From: Mesorhizobium sp.
GTDB taxonomy: Bacteria > Pseudomonadota > Alphaproteobacteria > Rhizobiales > Rhizobiaceae
NCBI GenBank assembly: GCA_004017275.1
Contig: SAKE01000006.1
Span: forward strand, 146,662-210,661
Direction of reading: 5' to 3'
Length of the DNA stretch: 64,000 nt
The number at the start of each line of letters is the position of its first letter. Position 1 is the first letter of the stretch. The translations under genes and the position numbers were made by a program. This document shows positions 22,425 to 31,174 of this stretch, one piece after another. The notes under the pieces are model-generated. The model made no database searches and was not told the origin of the DNA. It saw only the letters and a list, made by a program, of their open reading frames with translations.

Positions 22425-23658
22425 GACCGCCGATCGCCGCATAAAAAGAAGTGCCGTAGCGCCCGCGCGCCAGCCCGAGATGCTCGGCCATGGTTTCACC
22501 GATGTCGGCGAATGTCGTTCTCAAGCCTATGTCGCCGCCCTTGAAGCCCGGTCCGATGCCGATCACCGGAATGCGCTCGCGCGTATGATCGGTGCCGCGC
22601 CAGGTCGGATCGTTGCCGTGATCGGCCGTCAGGATGAGAAGATCGCCCTGCCGCAGCCTTGCAAATGCCTCCGGCAGCCTCCGGTCGAAGGCCTCGAGCG
22701 CGGCAGCATAACCTGCAACATCGCGGCGATGACCGAATTCGGTGTCGAAGTCGACGAAATTGGCGAAGACGAGATCACCGTCGCCGGAATCATCCATCGC
22801 GGCCAGCGCCTCGTCGAACATCGCCATGTTGCCCGCCGCCTTGCGCACTTGCGAAATGCCGCGATGCGCGAAGATGTCGCCGATCTTGCCGACGGCGATG
22901 ACCCGGCTGCCGCGCGCCGTCAGCCGGTCGAGCAGGGTCGGCTCCGGCGGTGGCACGGCGTAATCATGGCGGTTGTACGTCCGCTCGAAAGTGGCGGTGG
23001 TTTCGCCGACAAACGGCCGCGCGATAACTCGTCCGATCCTCAGCGGGTCGACCAGACCGCGCACCACCTGACAGAATTCATAAAGCCGCTCGAGGCCAAA
23101 ATGGACTTCATGCGCGGCGATCTGCAGAACCGAGTCGACCGACGTGTAGCAGATCGGCTTGCCGGTGCGGATGTGCTCCTCGCCGAACCGCTCGATGATC
23201 TCGGTGCCCGGCGCATGACAATTGCCGAGAATGCCCGGCACCTTGCCTTCGCGGATCATCGCCTCGGTCAGCTCAGCCGGGAAGGCGGGAACCGTATCCG
23301 GGAAATAGCCCCAGTCGAAGCGCACCGGCAGGCCGGCGATTTCCCAATGGCCCGACGGCGTGTCCTTGCCGCTCGAAACCTCCTGTGCGGCGCCGTGGAA
23401 GGCAGTGGCAAGCAGATCCGTCCCGCTGCTGGCGAAGCCCAGCCCCGTCGCGGTTTCGGCAGCCTTGCCAAGCCCGAGCGAGGCCATGTGGGGGACAAAC
23501 AGCGGTCCACTGCGAAGCCCCTCGCGATCCGCGCGGTCCTCTGCACAGGCTTCTGCGATGTGCGCGAACGTGTTGGCGCCGGCATCGCCGTAGCGGTCGG
23601 CATCGGCCGCGCCGCCGATGCCGAAGGAGTCCAGAACGAAGAGGAAAGCGCGCGCCAT
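22417..23658 (-). CDS. deoB: Phosphopentomutase
   Basis: [50 protein letters not shown]. Confidence 0.96.
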   Translation of the reverse strand: MARAFLFVLDSFGIGGAADADRYGDAGANTFAHIAEACAEDRADREGLRSGPLFVPHMASLGLGKAAETATGLGFASSGTDLLATAFHGAAQEVSSGKDTPSGHWEIAGLPVRFDWGYFPDTVPAFPAELTEAMIREGKVPGILGNCHAPGTEIIERFGEEHIRTGKPICYTSVDSVLQIAAHEVHFGLERLYEFCQVVRGLVDPLRIGRVIARPFVGETTATFERTYNRHDYAVPPPEPTLLDRLTARGSRVIAVGKIGDIFAHRGISQVRKAAGNMAMFDEALAAMDDSGDGDLVFANFVDFDTEFGHRRDVAGYAAALEAFDRRLPEAFARLRQGDLLILTADHGNDPTWRGTDHTRERIPVIGIGPGFKGGDIGLRTTFADIGETMAEHLGLARGRYGTSFYAAIGGHA

Positions 23659-23750
23659 CAAGTTGTTGCCAGTTTGAACGACCAGACATAGGGTTCCGCG
23701 ACTTCATTGGCAATTCGGAAACCAAACGGCAACGGCTTGGCGTGATAGTC

Positions 23751-23806
23751 CAGTGATGTCCCAAAGGTGCGCAGCGGTTTTGGGCAACGACATGCACAAA
23801 ACAAGG
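23751..23806 (+). repeat. Intergenic repeat, copy D
   Basis: ATGTC-CCAAAGGTGCGCAGCGGTTTTGGG..GACATGCACAAAACAA. Confidence 0.65.
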
Positions 23807-23872
23807 AGTGCATGGCGCATCGATGCGCCGGGGCGTGGGCATGGATCGAGGACAACAGAGGGCGGTTCTGTC

Positions 23873-24784
23873 ATGAGGCTGATGACTTATGCCGCTCTCA
23901 TGCTGGTGCAGGGCGCGCTTTGGTCCAATCCGGCGCGTGCCAATTGGCGCGATGATATCGGCACATTTCGCATCGGCATCGTTGCCGAGCCAGGCGCCGG
24001 CAACTCCGTTCCGGGGCTGGCACTGTTGACCGACGCCTACACCAAGGCCTTGGGCATGAAAGTCGAGTTTGTCGTTGCCCGGGACTATGCCGCGCTGATC
24101 GAGGCGCAGGCCAGTGCCCGCATCCAATACGCGATCTATTCGGCCGCCGCCTATGCGACGGCGTCACAACGCTGCTTATGTATCGAGCCGCTTGTGGCTC
24201 CGGTCGATTCTGACGGCGCGGTCGGCATCCGCTCCGTTCTGCTGACGCGGGACGGCAAGCTGCCTGACCTGGCGGCGATGGACGGCTATCGCATCGCCAT
24301 GGCGCCTTCGGACAGCGTCGGCGGATCTCTCTTGCCATTGGCGGCGCTGGCGGCGGAAGGCCGCAAGGTCGCGGAAGACGCACCGTTTCTGGTCCATGCC
24401 GACTCGGCCGAGGCGGCTGAAACGATGCTGGTCGATGGCAAGGCCGATGGCTTGTTCGGCTGGGTGACGGCCGCGGCTGACGGCCAGCGTGAAGCATCGG
24501 GCACGCAGGCAAGGCTCGAAGCGGCAGGGCTCTCAGTGTCGGCGCTTCGGGTCGTATGGACGTCTGGCTTGCTGAGATACGGCCCCCACGCCGTCCGCAG
24601 CGATCTCGACCCTGAAGCCAAGCGCCGGCTCACCGTGTTCCTCACCAACCTCAAGTCGACGACGCCGGACGTCTACAGCCTCCTGGAATCGAAGCATTCC
24701 GGGGGCTTTGCCACCGTCGCATCAAAAGACTACGAGATTGCCGTTGCAATCGTGCGCTTCGTCTCGGGCGGTCCGCAACGGTAA
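23873..24784 (+). CDS. Orphan PhnD-like (phosphate/phosphite/phosphonate) ABC substrate-binding protein
   Basis: Signal peptide; DYAALIEAQ, YSAAAYA, LLVDGKADG resemble the PhnD family; no permease or ATPase gene nearby. Confidence 0.65.
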   Translation: MRLMTYAALMLVQGALWSNPARANWRDDIGTFRIGIVAEPGAGNSVPGLALLTDAYTKALGMKVEFVVARDYAALIEAQASARIQYAIYSAAAYATASQRCLCIEPLVAPVDSDGAVGIRSVLLTRDGKLPDLAAMDGYRIAMAPSDSVGGSLLPLAALAAEGRKVAEDAPFLVHADSAEAAETMLVDGKADGLFGWVTAAADGQREASGTQARLEAAGLSVSALRVVWTSGLLRYGPHAVRSDLDPEAKRRLTVFLTNLKSTTPDVYSLLESKHSGGFATVASKDYEIAVAIVRFVSGGPQR

Positions 24785-24869
24785 CGCAATTCCGGGAACG
24801 GGTTTATATTCGCAGTGGGTGCCAACGGAAAGCTGGAGCGATCGTGAAAACCGCATCGGCAGTCACTGT

Positions 24870-25457
24870 TCAACAGTCGGTGCAGGGGATTGTCACGCTT
24901 CTGCGGGGGCGCAGAAAGTAGGTTTCGCCCATATTTATCGGGTTGAAAGCAGAGTTTATCGCAAGCTCGATGACCGGCTCATAGACGAGATTGCTTTCGA
25001 CGCGAATGAGGAAGGTGTTGGCGACCCTGAGCGTTGCTGGAACCGTGGTCTCCCCGGTGGCGCCGGCGCTGAGGACGCCATTGACCAACTTGCGTGACCA
25101 AACCACCATGGCCTTCGCGCCATCGGGCGTGATCTGTATCGCCGTGACGGTGATGGTCGGGTCCGAGCGGCTGTAGGGCTGAAGGGTGACGCTGCCGATC
25201 TGCATGATGGCTTTGACATCCGCCTCGACCACGCTTGTCTGCTGGGTGACGAGATCTGCCACCATGCTGCCGATACGACTGACCTTCTTGCTAGTCTCGA
25301 TGGCTTGTGACGCTTCCATCGTCACGAAATACATGACCAGCAGAATGGGCATGATCAAAGCGAATTCGACCGCAGCGATACCGCGGCAATCGGACCAGAA
25401 TCGACTTGCTTTCCGCCAAACTCCCCTAGCCATAAGATGTGCCCCCGCACGCATCAT
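24870..25457 (-). CDS. TadE/TadG-family minor pilin (pseudopilin)
   Basis: RG|IAAVEFAL prepilin motif followed by a TM helix; start uncertain (25463, 25457 or 25454). Confidence 0.85.
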   Translation of the reverse strand: MMRAGAHLMARGVWRKASRFWSDCRGIAAVEFALIMPILLVMYFVTMEASQAIETSKKVSRIGSMVADLVTQQTSVVEADVKAIMQIGSVTLQPYSRSDPTITVTAIQITPDGAKAMVVWSRKLVNGVLSAGATGETTVPATLRVANTFLIRVESNLVYEPVIELAINSAFNPINMGETYFLRPRRSVTIPCTDC

Positions 25458-25501
25458 ATCCATTGCCCTTTTCTTATACTGCCCGTGCATCCGCCTCGAA
25501 C

Positions 25502-26083
25502 TCAGTTGTCGAACGGCTCGTTCTGCCAGGTCACCGAAGCGAAATGCAGTGTCTTGTTGCCGCCCATCGACTGCGCCAGCAGGTCGGTCATGATAGGCCA
25601 CTTGTAAAAGACCCGAAGCATGTTCCTCGACTCCGCCGCACCTGCTGTCACCGAAAACGATTGGGTTGCGGTGCCTTTCGTCAATACGACATCGCCGTTC
25701 TGGATCTTGAAGCCCGCCGTGGCCGCATCGGCGAACGATGTATATTGGCGAAGATCCACCAGCAGTTGATTGGGACAATCCTGGGAAACGATGATCTGCA
25801 GTTTTGTGCAGATCATGTCCCGCAAATTGGTTCCGGCGATGTCGGCTGCCCTCAACTGGCCGGTGCGCAGCTTGCGCGCGACATCGTCGGTGATGTTGGC
25901 CATCACTTCCTGGCTGGCAAACGAGATGCAGCTTTCCAGAATGGCAAAGACAAGCAGTGCGAATGGGACGGAAAGGATTGCGAATTCGATCGCCGTGGCG
26001 CCGCGTCGGTCACGAAGGAAGCGGGCGAAAAACCTTGAACGCCTCGCCTTGTGGTCGCCTGCGCAGCCGAATTCCTTGCTCAT
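25502..26083 (-). CDS. TadE-family minor pilin
   Basis: RG|ATAIEFAIL prepilin motif; C-terminal WQNEPF. Confidence 0.88.
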   Translation of the reverse strand: MSKEFGCAGDHKARRSRFFARFLRDRRGATAIEFAILSVPFALLVFAILESCISFASQEVMANITDDVARKLRTGQLRAADIAGTNLRDMICTKLQIIVSQDCPNQLLVDLRQYTSFADAATAGFKIQNGDVVLTKGTATQSFSVTAGAAESRNMLRVFYKWPIMTDLLAQSMGGNKTLHFASVTWQNEPFDN

Positions 26084-26180
26084 GTCTGATCCTGCCGATC
26101 TCTATGCGGTCTCGGAAGGAGCATTAGCGCAAACCGATTGAGGTCCGGTTTGAATGACCGTTAAAGTCGGCGTTGGCGTT

Positions 26181-26196
26181 TTAACCAGCCGATAAC
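26181..26196. promoter_or_regulatory. CtrA-like box upstream of the tadE pair
   Basis: TTAA-ccagccg-ATAAC. Confidence 0.45.
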
Positions 26197-26221
26197 CGGA
26201 ACGGCATTCGGCTACGCCATC

Positions 26222-26644
26222 CTACCGGCTGACGCTCATTTCCGCTTCGGAAGACTTCTCCGCATCGCTCTTGTAGGAGCTTTCGCAATAAGGCGTGCAG
26301 GACATCGTCTGGATTTCGGCGCGCCGGTAGATGCGCACGGACGAGGCGGCCTGCCGCACGACGGTAACCTGCTCGTCGACGATAGGGCTGCCGTCCGTAT
26401 CGAGCACGACCAGATTGGTGACGCCGAAGCCTTTGCCGGTCAGCACGATCGTCGAAGCGTCCTGCACGGAAGCGTCGGCGATTGCCGGGTTGCCGACCAC
26501 GATGGTGTCGGCGGGGCGTGACAGTTTGACGATCTTGGCCTGGTTCATCGTGACCTCAATGCCGGCGCCGGCCATGGCGGGCGCGGCGAAGGTCGTGGCG
26601 GCAAGAAGCGCGGCAATCAGGATTGACGATCTCGGCTGGGCCAT
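26222..26644 (-). CDS. Pilus assembly protein with secretin N-terminal-like domain
   Basis: Signal peptide; IVVGNPAIADA..LTGKGFGVTNL.VLD resembles the CpaC N-terminal domain. Confidence 0.8.
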   Translation of the reverse strand: MAQPRSSILIAALLAATTFAAPAMAGAGIEVTMNQAKIVKLSRPADTIVVGNPAIADASVQDASTIVLTGKGFGVTNLVVLDTDGSPIVDEQVTVVRQAASSVRIYRRAEIQTMSCTPYCESSYKSDAEKSSEAEMSVSR

Positions 26645-26694
26645 TGAGGCGCTCCACGCAAGCAGACTGATCAACGGAACATGAACGAGATTGG

Positions 26695-26709
26695 TGAACC
26701 AACGGTTAA
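26695..26709. promoter_or_regulatory. CtrA-like box
   Basis: TGAA-ccaacgg-TTAA (minus strand TTAACCGTTGGTTCACC). Confidence 0.5.
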
Positions 26710-26816
26710 GCGACGCGTCGTTGCCAATTGTTCCAGGCCGGCAAGGCTGCCCGCGAGGTGTGATCCGCCCGGGCCGCAAGCGCCACAAAACCAGGAAATG
26801 GAAGGTCGGACGGCAT

Positions 26817-26833
26817 TTAGCCTGGAGTTAACC
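26817..26833 (+). promoter_or_regulatory. CtrA-like box upstream of the pilin gene
   Basis: TTAG-cctggag-TTAACC; GANTC at 26859. Confidence 0.5.
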
Positions 26834-26977
26834 ACGCAATGTGTTCGGACCGGGAAAGGAATCGGTAAGGCTGTTTATTAAGCCGATCGAAAGAGCTTCT
26901 CCCTAGATTGGCAGCATCCGATCAACCATCACAGAAGTTGACGGAAGTGCTGTAACACGTGGAGTAGGAGCTCTCGA

Positions 26978-27154
26978 ATGTCTAATCTCATCGCACGTTT
27001 CGTGAAGGACGAATCCGGCGCGACCGCTATCGAATATGGTCTGATCGCCGCTCTCATCGCGCTCGCCATCATCACCGGCGCCGGCGCGCTCGGCAATGCA
27101 CTCAACGACAAGTTCCTCAAGATCGGCAACACCTTGGCCAGCACCGGCAGCTGA
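26978..27154 (+). CDS. flp: Flp/type IVb (Tad) major pilin, 58 aa, absent from the ORF track
   Basis: MSNLIARFVKDESG|ATAIEYGLIAALIALAIITGAGALGNALNDKFLKIGNTLASTGS; SD AGGAG. Confidence 0.97.
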   Translation: MSNLIARFVKDESGATAIEYGLIAALIALAIITGAGALGNALNDKFLKIGNTLASTGS

Positions 27155-27189
27155 TCTGCAATATTGCTGAGCACTTGGATTGCGTTCTG

Positions 27190-27220
27190 GAAAAGGGCCG
27201 CCACATGGCGGCCCTTTTTC
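27190..27220 (+). terminator. Terminator after the pilin gene
   Basis: AAAAGGGCCGCC-ACAT-GGCGGCCCTTTTT. Confidence 0.85.
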
Positions 27221-27326
27221 CATGCCGCTGCCAATATCAGTCGTCTTTTCGTTCCGCGCCTCATCAATCGTTAATCGAACATGCCTAGATTGAGCCCCTT
27301 GAAATCGGACAATAGGCATAGCGCCG

Positions 27327-27845
27327 ATGCTTGAAGCCCTGATCTTCGTCGTCTTTCCGTTTTGCATGCTGTTTGCGGCGATCTCCGACATGCTGTCGAT
27401 GACGATCGCCAATCGCGTGCCTGTGCTGCTTGTAGTTGTTTTCGCGCTGGTTGCGCCGCTGACGGGTATGGAGTGGGCGGCCTATGGCGGACATTTCGCC
27501 GCCGGCGCCCTGGTGCTGGCCGTGACGTTCGGCTTGTTTGCAATGGGTGGCATGGGAGGAGGCGACGCCAAGCTTTTGGCTGCCACCGCCATGTGGATGG
27601 GTCTTAATGTGAATCTCGTCGCATATCTCGTCGCCTCGACAATCATCGGCGGTCTGCTGACGCTTGCGATCATCCTCTACCGGAAGTCGCTGCTTGCGGC
27701 CGTTACCGGCCAAAATCCGTTTCTGCGCCACTTCGCCGACGAGGCAAACGGTGTTCCTTACGGCGTCGCGCTCGGCCTTGGCGGGTTGCTGACCTATCCG
27801 GATTCGCCTTTGATGGTATGGGCGCTGGCCAGGCTGGCGGCCTGA
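27327..27845 (+). CDS. cpaA: Prepilin peptidase (A24 family)
   Basis: AISDMLSMTIANR and MGGGDAKLLAA aspartate motifs. Confidence 0.92.
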   Translation: MLEALIFVVFPFCMLFAAISDMLSMTIANRVPVLLVVVFALVAPLTGMEWAAYGGHFAAGALVLAVTFGLFAMGGMGGGDAKLLAATAMWMGLNVNLVAYLVASTIIGGLLTLAIILYRKSLLAAVTGQNPFLRHFADEANGVPYGVALGLGGLLTYPDSPLMVWALARLAA

Positions 27846-27939
27846 ACACGAATTCTTTTATCTGTCAGCATTGCCGCAACCGGCCTTCAACAGGGGTCCG
27901 CCCGGTCATTTTGGCCGGTCTGGCCACATTCCGTCTAAA

Positions 27940-27959
27940 TTATGTAAACCTTAAATTAA
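27940..27959. promoter_or_regulatory. Overlapping CtrA-like boxes upstream of cpaB
   Basis: TTAT-gtaaacc-TTAA (27940-54) and TAAA-ccttaaa-TTAA (27945-59) in an AT-rich patch. Confidence 0.45.
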
Positions 27960-28054
27960 TCACGATCGTAAGCATTACATTAACCTTGTTTTGACGATTG
28001 CCGCTGCAAAGTCCGGCCTGGCTACGTGGTTTGCCAGGGCAAGGGTTCGGACAG

Positions 28055-28867
28055 ATGCCAGCATCGCGATTGATAATTCTGAGCGTGGCGGTGGCCGCGG
28101 CAGGTGGCGCCGGCTATGTCGCGAAAAACATGGTGGCACCGCCACCCGCGATTGTCGTCGATTCCGGGCCGCAAGCGCCGGCGGTGTCTCTGCAAGACGT
28201 GCTTGTGCTTTCGGGCGATGTTCCGATGGGCAGCCCACTCGAAAGCAACATCGCCTGGCAATCCTGGCCCGCTGACGGCATCAACGCGAATTTCATCACC
28301 CGCACCGCCGAGCCCGAGGCGCTGGACAAGCTTAAGGGTTCCGTTGCCCGTGTGGCGATGTACGCCGGAGAGCCTCTGCGGCGTTCCAAGCTGATCGGCG
28401 AGGGGCAGAGCTTCATGTCGTCGATCCTGCCTTCCGGCATGCGGGCGGTCGCCACGGCCATCTCGGCCGATACGTCGGCCGGCGGCTTCATTCTTCCGAA
28501 CGATTTTGTCGATGTCATCATGACCCGCAGGGCCGATGCCGCCAGCGGCGCCGCCGGCTTCAACACCGAGACCATCCTCAAGAACATCCGCGTCCTGGCC
28601 ATCGACCAAACCATTCAGGAAGATGAGGAAGGCAAGAAGACCAGGGTGGGTCAGACCGCCACGCTGGAACTGACGCCCAAGCAGGCGGAGATCATCACCG
28701 TCGCCCAACAGATGGCGGATCGCCTGACCCTGGCGCTGCGCGCGGTCGCTGACACGCAGGAAAAGAATGTGGGTGAGGCCGACTATCTCGTTTCCGGCAA
28801 TGGCCGCAGGGGAACGGTGAGGCTGATCAAGTCGGGCGAAGTTTCCGAAGTAGGGGCAAGGAAATGA
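28055..28867 (+). CDS. cpaB: Flp pilus assembly protein CpaB/RcpC
   Basis: SAF-like region, GMRAVA, AGGFILPNDFVDVI, VRVLAIDQ, TATLEL. Confidence 0.92.
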   Translation: MPASRLIILSVAVAAAGGAGYVAKNMVAPPPAIVVDSGPQAPAVSLQDVLVLSGDVPMGSPLESNIAWQSWPADGINANFITRTAEPEALDKLKGSVARVAMYAGEPLRRSKLIGEGQSFMSSILPSGMRAVATAISADTSAGGFILPNDFVDVIMTRRADAASGAAGFNTETILKNIRVLAIDQTIQEDEEGKKTRVGQTATLELTPKQAEIITVAQQMADRLTLALRAVADTQEKNVGEADYLVSGNGRRGTVRLIKSGEVSEVGARK

Positions 28868-30384
28868 GGCTAAGTGGTAAACTGCCGGCAATCGTAGCCG
28901 CGGCATTCGGCCTGCTGCTCGTCGGAACGAATGTGCAAGGCAGCGTTGTCGAGGCAAAGAACGCGCAGGTCACGGCATCGACGGCCACCCAGCGCGTCAA
29001 ACTCGGCCTCAACAAGTCGGTGGTCATCGATCTGCCGAACGATGCCTACGACATTCTCGTCGCCAACCCGGCGGTGGCCGATGCAGTGACCCGCACCGCA
29101 AGACGCATCTATTTGTTCGGCAAGGCGGTCGGCGAGACGAACATCTTTGTCTTCGGCCCGAACGGCGAGCAGATCGTCAGTTTGGACCTGGCCGTCGAAC
29201 GCGACGTTGCAGGCCTCGAGGATTATATCAAGCGCTTCCTCCCGACGTCGGCCATCAAGGTCGAACTGCTGAACGACAACGTCGTCCTGACCGGAACGGT
29301 CGACACGCCGCTGGACGCAAAACGCGCGGTCGATCTCGCGACGATCTTCGTCTCGGGCGGTGAAGCGACGACGGGACAATATTCGCAGACCGCGGCCGGC
29401 GGTTCTGCCCAGAGCGGCGTCGACATCAACAATCCGGACCAGGAGCGCCGCACCAGCAAGATCGTCAACCTGCTCCAGATCATCGGCGACGACCAGGTTA
29501 CGCTGAAGGTGACGGTCGCCGAAGTCAGCCGCTCGGTGATGAAGCAGCTCGGCGTCAACATGGTCGGCAGCGGCGGCAGCAATGGCATCAGCTACGGCGC
29601 GCTCAGTGACCCTTTCACGGGTCTCGGCAAGCCGTTGTCGAACGCGGGCCTCTCTATCGGCACCTCCGCCTTACAGGCCTATGTCAACGCCATGGAGCAG
29701 TCCGGGGTTATGAAAACACTGGCCGAGCCGACCTTGACCGCCGTATCCGGGGAGAAGGCGACTTTCAAGGTCGGTGGTGAATACAATATGGTGACGGGTG
29801 TCTCAGCAAACGTATCGCAAGACAACCAGACCGGTCTGAAGACCTACAGCGTCGAAAAAATCGAGTACGGCATAGGCCTGGAATTCCAGCCGGTGGTTTT
29901 GTCTCCCGGCCGCATAAGCCTGAAAGTCAGAACCTCGGTTTCCGAACCGACAACCGAAGGCTCCGCGTCATCATCCACGGACAATCAAAGTATCGGCATG
30001 AATGCGCTGTCACTTCGCAAGCGTCTTGCCGATACGACGGTGGAACTGCCCTCGGGCGGCTCCATGATGATCGCCGGCCTGGTGCGCGACGATGTAAGGC
30101 AAGCCGTCAACGGGTTGCCCGGACTGACAAAGATCCCGGTGCTCGGCGCGCTCTTCCGCAGCAGGGACTTCGTCCGCAACGAGACCGAACTCGTCATCAT
30201 CATCACGCCCTACCTGGTGAAGCCGGTGGCACGCAACGAACTTGCCAAGCCGGACGACAATTTCAACGCCGCCAGCGATGGCGCCGCCATGTTTCTTGGC
30301 CGCGTCAATCGCGTCTACGGCACCATGCAGACCGACAAGCCCAACGGCCGCTACCACGGCGTTGTCGGCTTCATCTACAAGTGA
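28864..30384 (+). CDS. cpaC: Tad secretin CpaC/RcpA
   Basis: BON-like region, QVTLKVTVAEV, LAEPTLTAVSGE.ATF, IPVLGALFRS, ETELVIIITP. Confidence 0.95.
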   Translation: MRLSGKLPAIVAAAFGLLLVGTNVQGSVVEAKNAQVTASTATQRVKLGLNKSVVIDLPNDAYDILVANPAVADAVTRTARRIYLFGKAVGETNIFVFGPNGEQIVSLDLAVERDVAGLEDYIKRFLPTSAIKVELLNDNVVLTGTVDTPLDAKRAVDLATIFVSGGEATTGQYSQTAAGGSAQSGVDINNPDQERRTSKIVNLLQIIGDDQVTLKVTVAEVSRSVMKQLGVNMVGSGGSNGISYGALSDPFTGLGKPLSNAGLSIGTSALQAYVNAMEQSGVMKTLAEPTLTAVSGEKATFKVGGEYNMVTGVSANVSQDNQTGLKTYSVEKIEYGIGLEFQPVVLSPGRISLKVRTSVSEPTTEGSASSSTDNQSIGMNALSLRKRLADTTVELPSGGSMMIAGLVRDDVRQAVNGLPGLTKIPVLGALFRSRDFVRNETELVIIITPYLVKPVARNELAKPDDNFNAASDGAAMFLGRVNRVYGTMQTDKPNGRYHGVVGFIYK

Positions 30385-30398
30385 GCGGGGAAGCGGAC

Positions 30399-31136
30399 AT
30401 GTCTCAGTCAGCATTGAAGGCAAGGACTGTCGCCACAACGATGCGTTTTGGCCGTTCGCAGATCTGCCAGCGAGCCGTTCCGATCCTGGCGGTTGCCGTG
30501 GCCGCGCTGCTTGCCGGCTGCGCCCAGCGCGACAGCATCACGGTCGGCGCCATCCCGGATGACTATCGCACCAACCATCCGATCGTGATCGCCGAGAAGA
30601 ACCAGAAGATCGACCTGCCGGTTGGCGCCGGTGATCGCGGCATGACCGGTTCCCAGCGCGATACGCTTCTTGGCTTCCTGGACGGCTATGACAGGAGTGC
30701 TGCCCCGACGCTGACGATCCAGGTCCCGAGCGGGTCGGCAAACGAGGTCGCCGCGACTGCTGCGTCCCGCGATTTCGCCCGACTCGCGGTCGCCAGCGGC
30801 GTCAAGCGGAACCGGATCGTCGTCACCTCCTATCAGTCCGTTTCCGCCGAAGCCTCGGCCCCGATTCGCGTTGCCTATATCTCGGTGAAAGCCCAGACCG
30901 ATAAATGCGGGCGTTGGCCCGAAGATCTCGTGGAGACCTCGGAAAACAAGCACTACGCCGATTTCGGCTGCTCCTATCAGAACAACCTCGCCGCCCAGAT
31001 GGCCAATCCGGCCGATCTGATCGGCCCGCGCAAGCCTTCTACAATCGATGCTGAAAATCGCGGCGCGGTGATCGATGTCTACCGCGCAAGAGGCATCTCG
31101 GACGAGTTCCTCGGCAATTCGGAAGTGACGTACTGA
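30399..31136 (+). CDS. cpaD: Pilus assembly lipoprotein CpaD
   Basis: Lipobox LLAGC, DYRTNHPI, CGRWP, FGCSYQNNLAAQMANPADL. Confidence 0.92.
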   Translation: MSQSALKARTVATTMRFGRSQICQRAVPILAVAVAALLAGCAQRDSITVGAIPDDYRTNHPIVIAEKNQKIDLPVGAGDRGMTGSQRDTLLGFLDGYDRSAAPTLTIQVPSGSANEVAATAASRDFARLAVASGVKRNRIVVTSYQSVSAEASAPIRVAYISVKAQTDKCGRWPEDLVETSENKHYADFGCSYQNNLAAQMANPADLIGPRKPSTIDAENRGAVIDVYRARGISDEFLGNSEVTY

Positions 31137-31174
31137 GCCGCCAGTCTCGGACAGAACAGGCTACGGGAAAGAGT

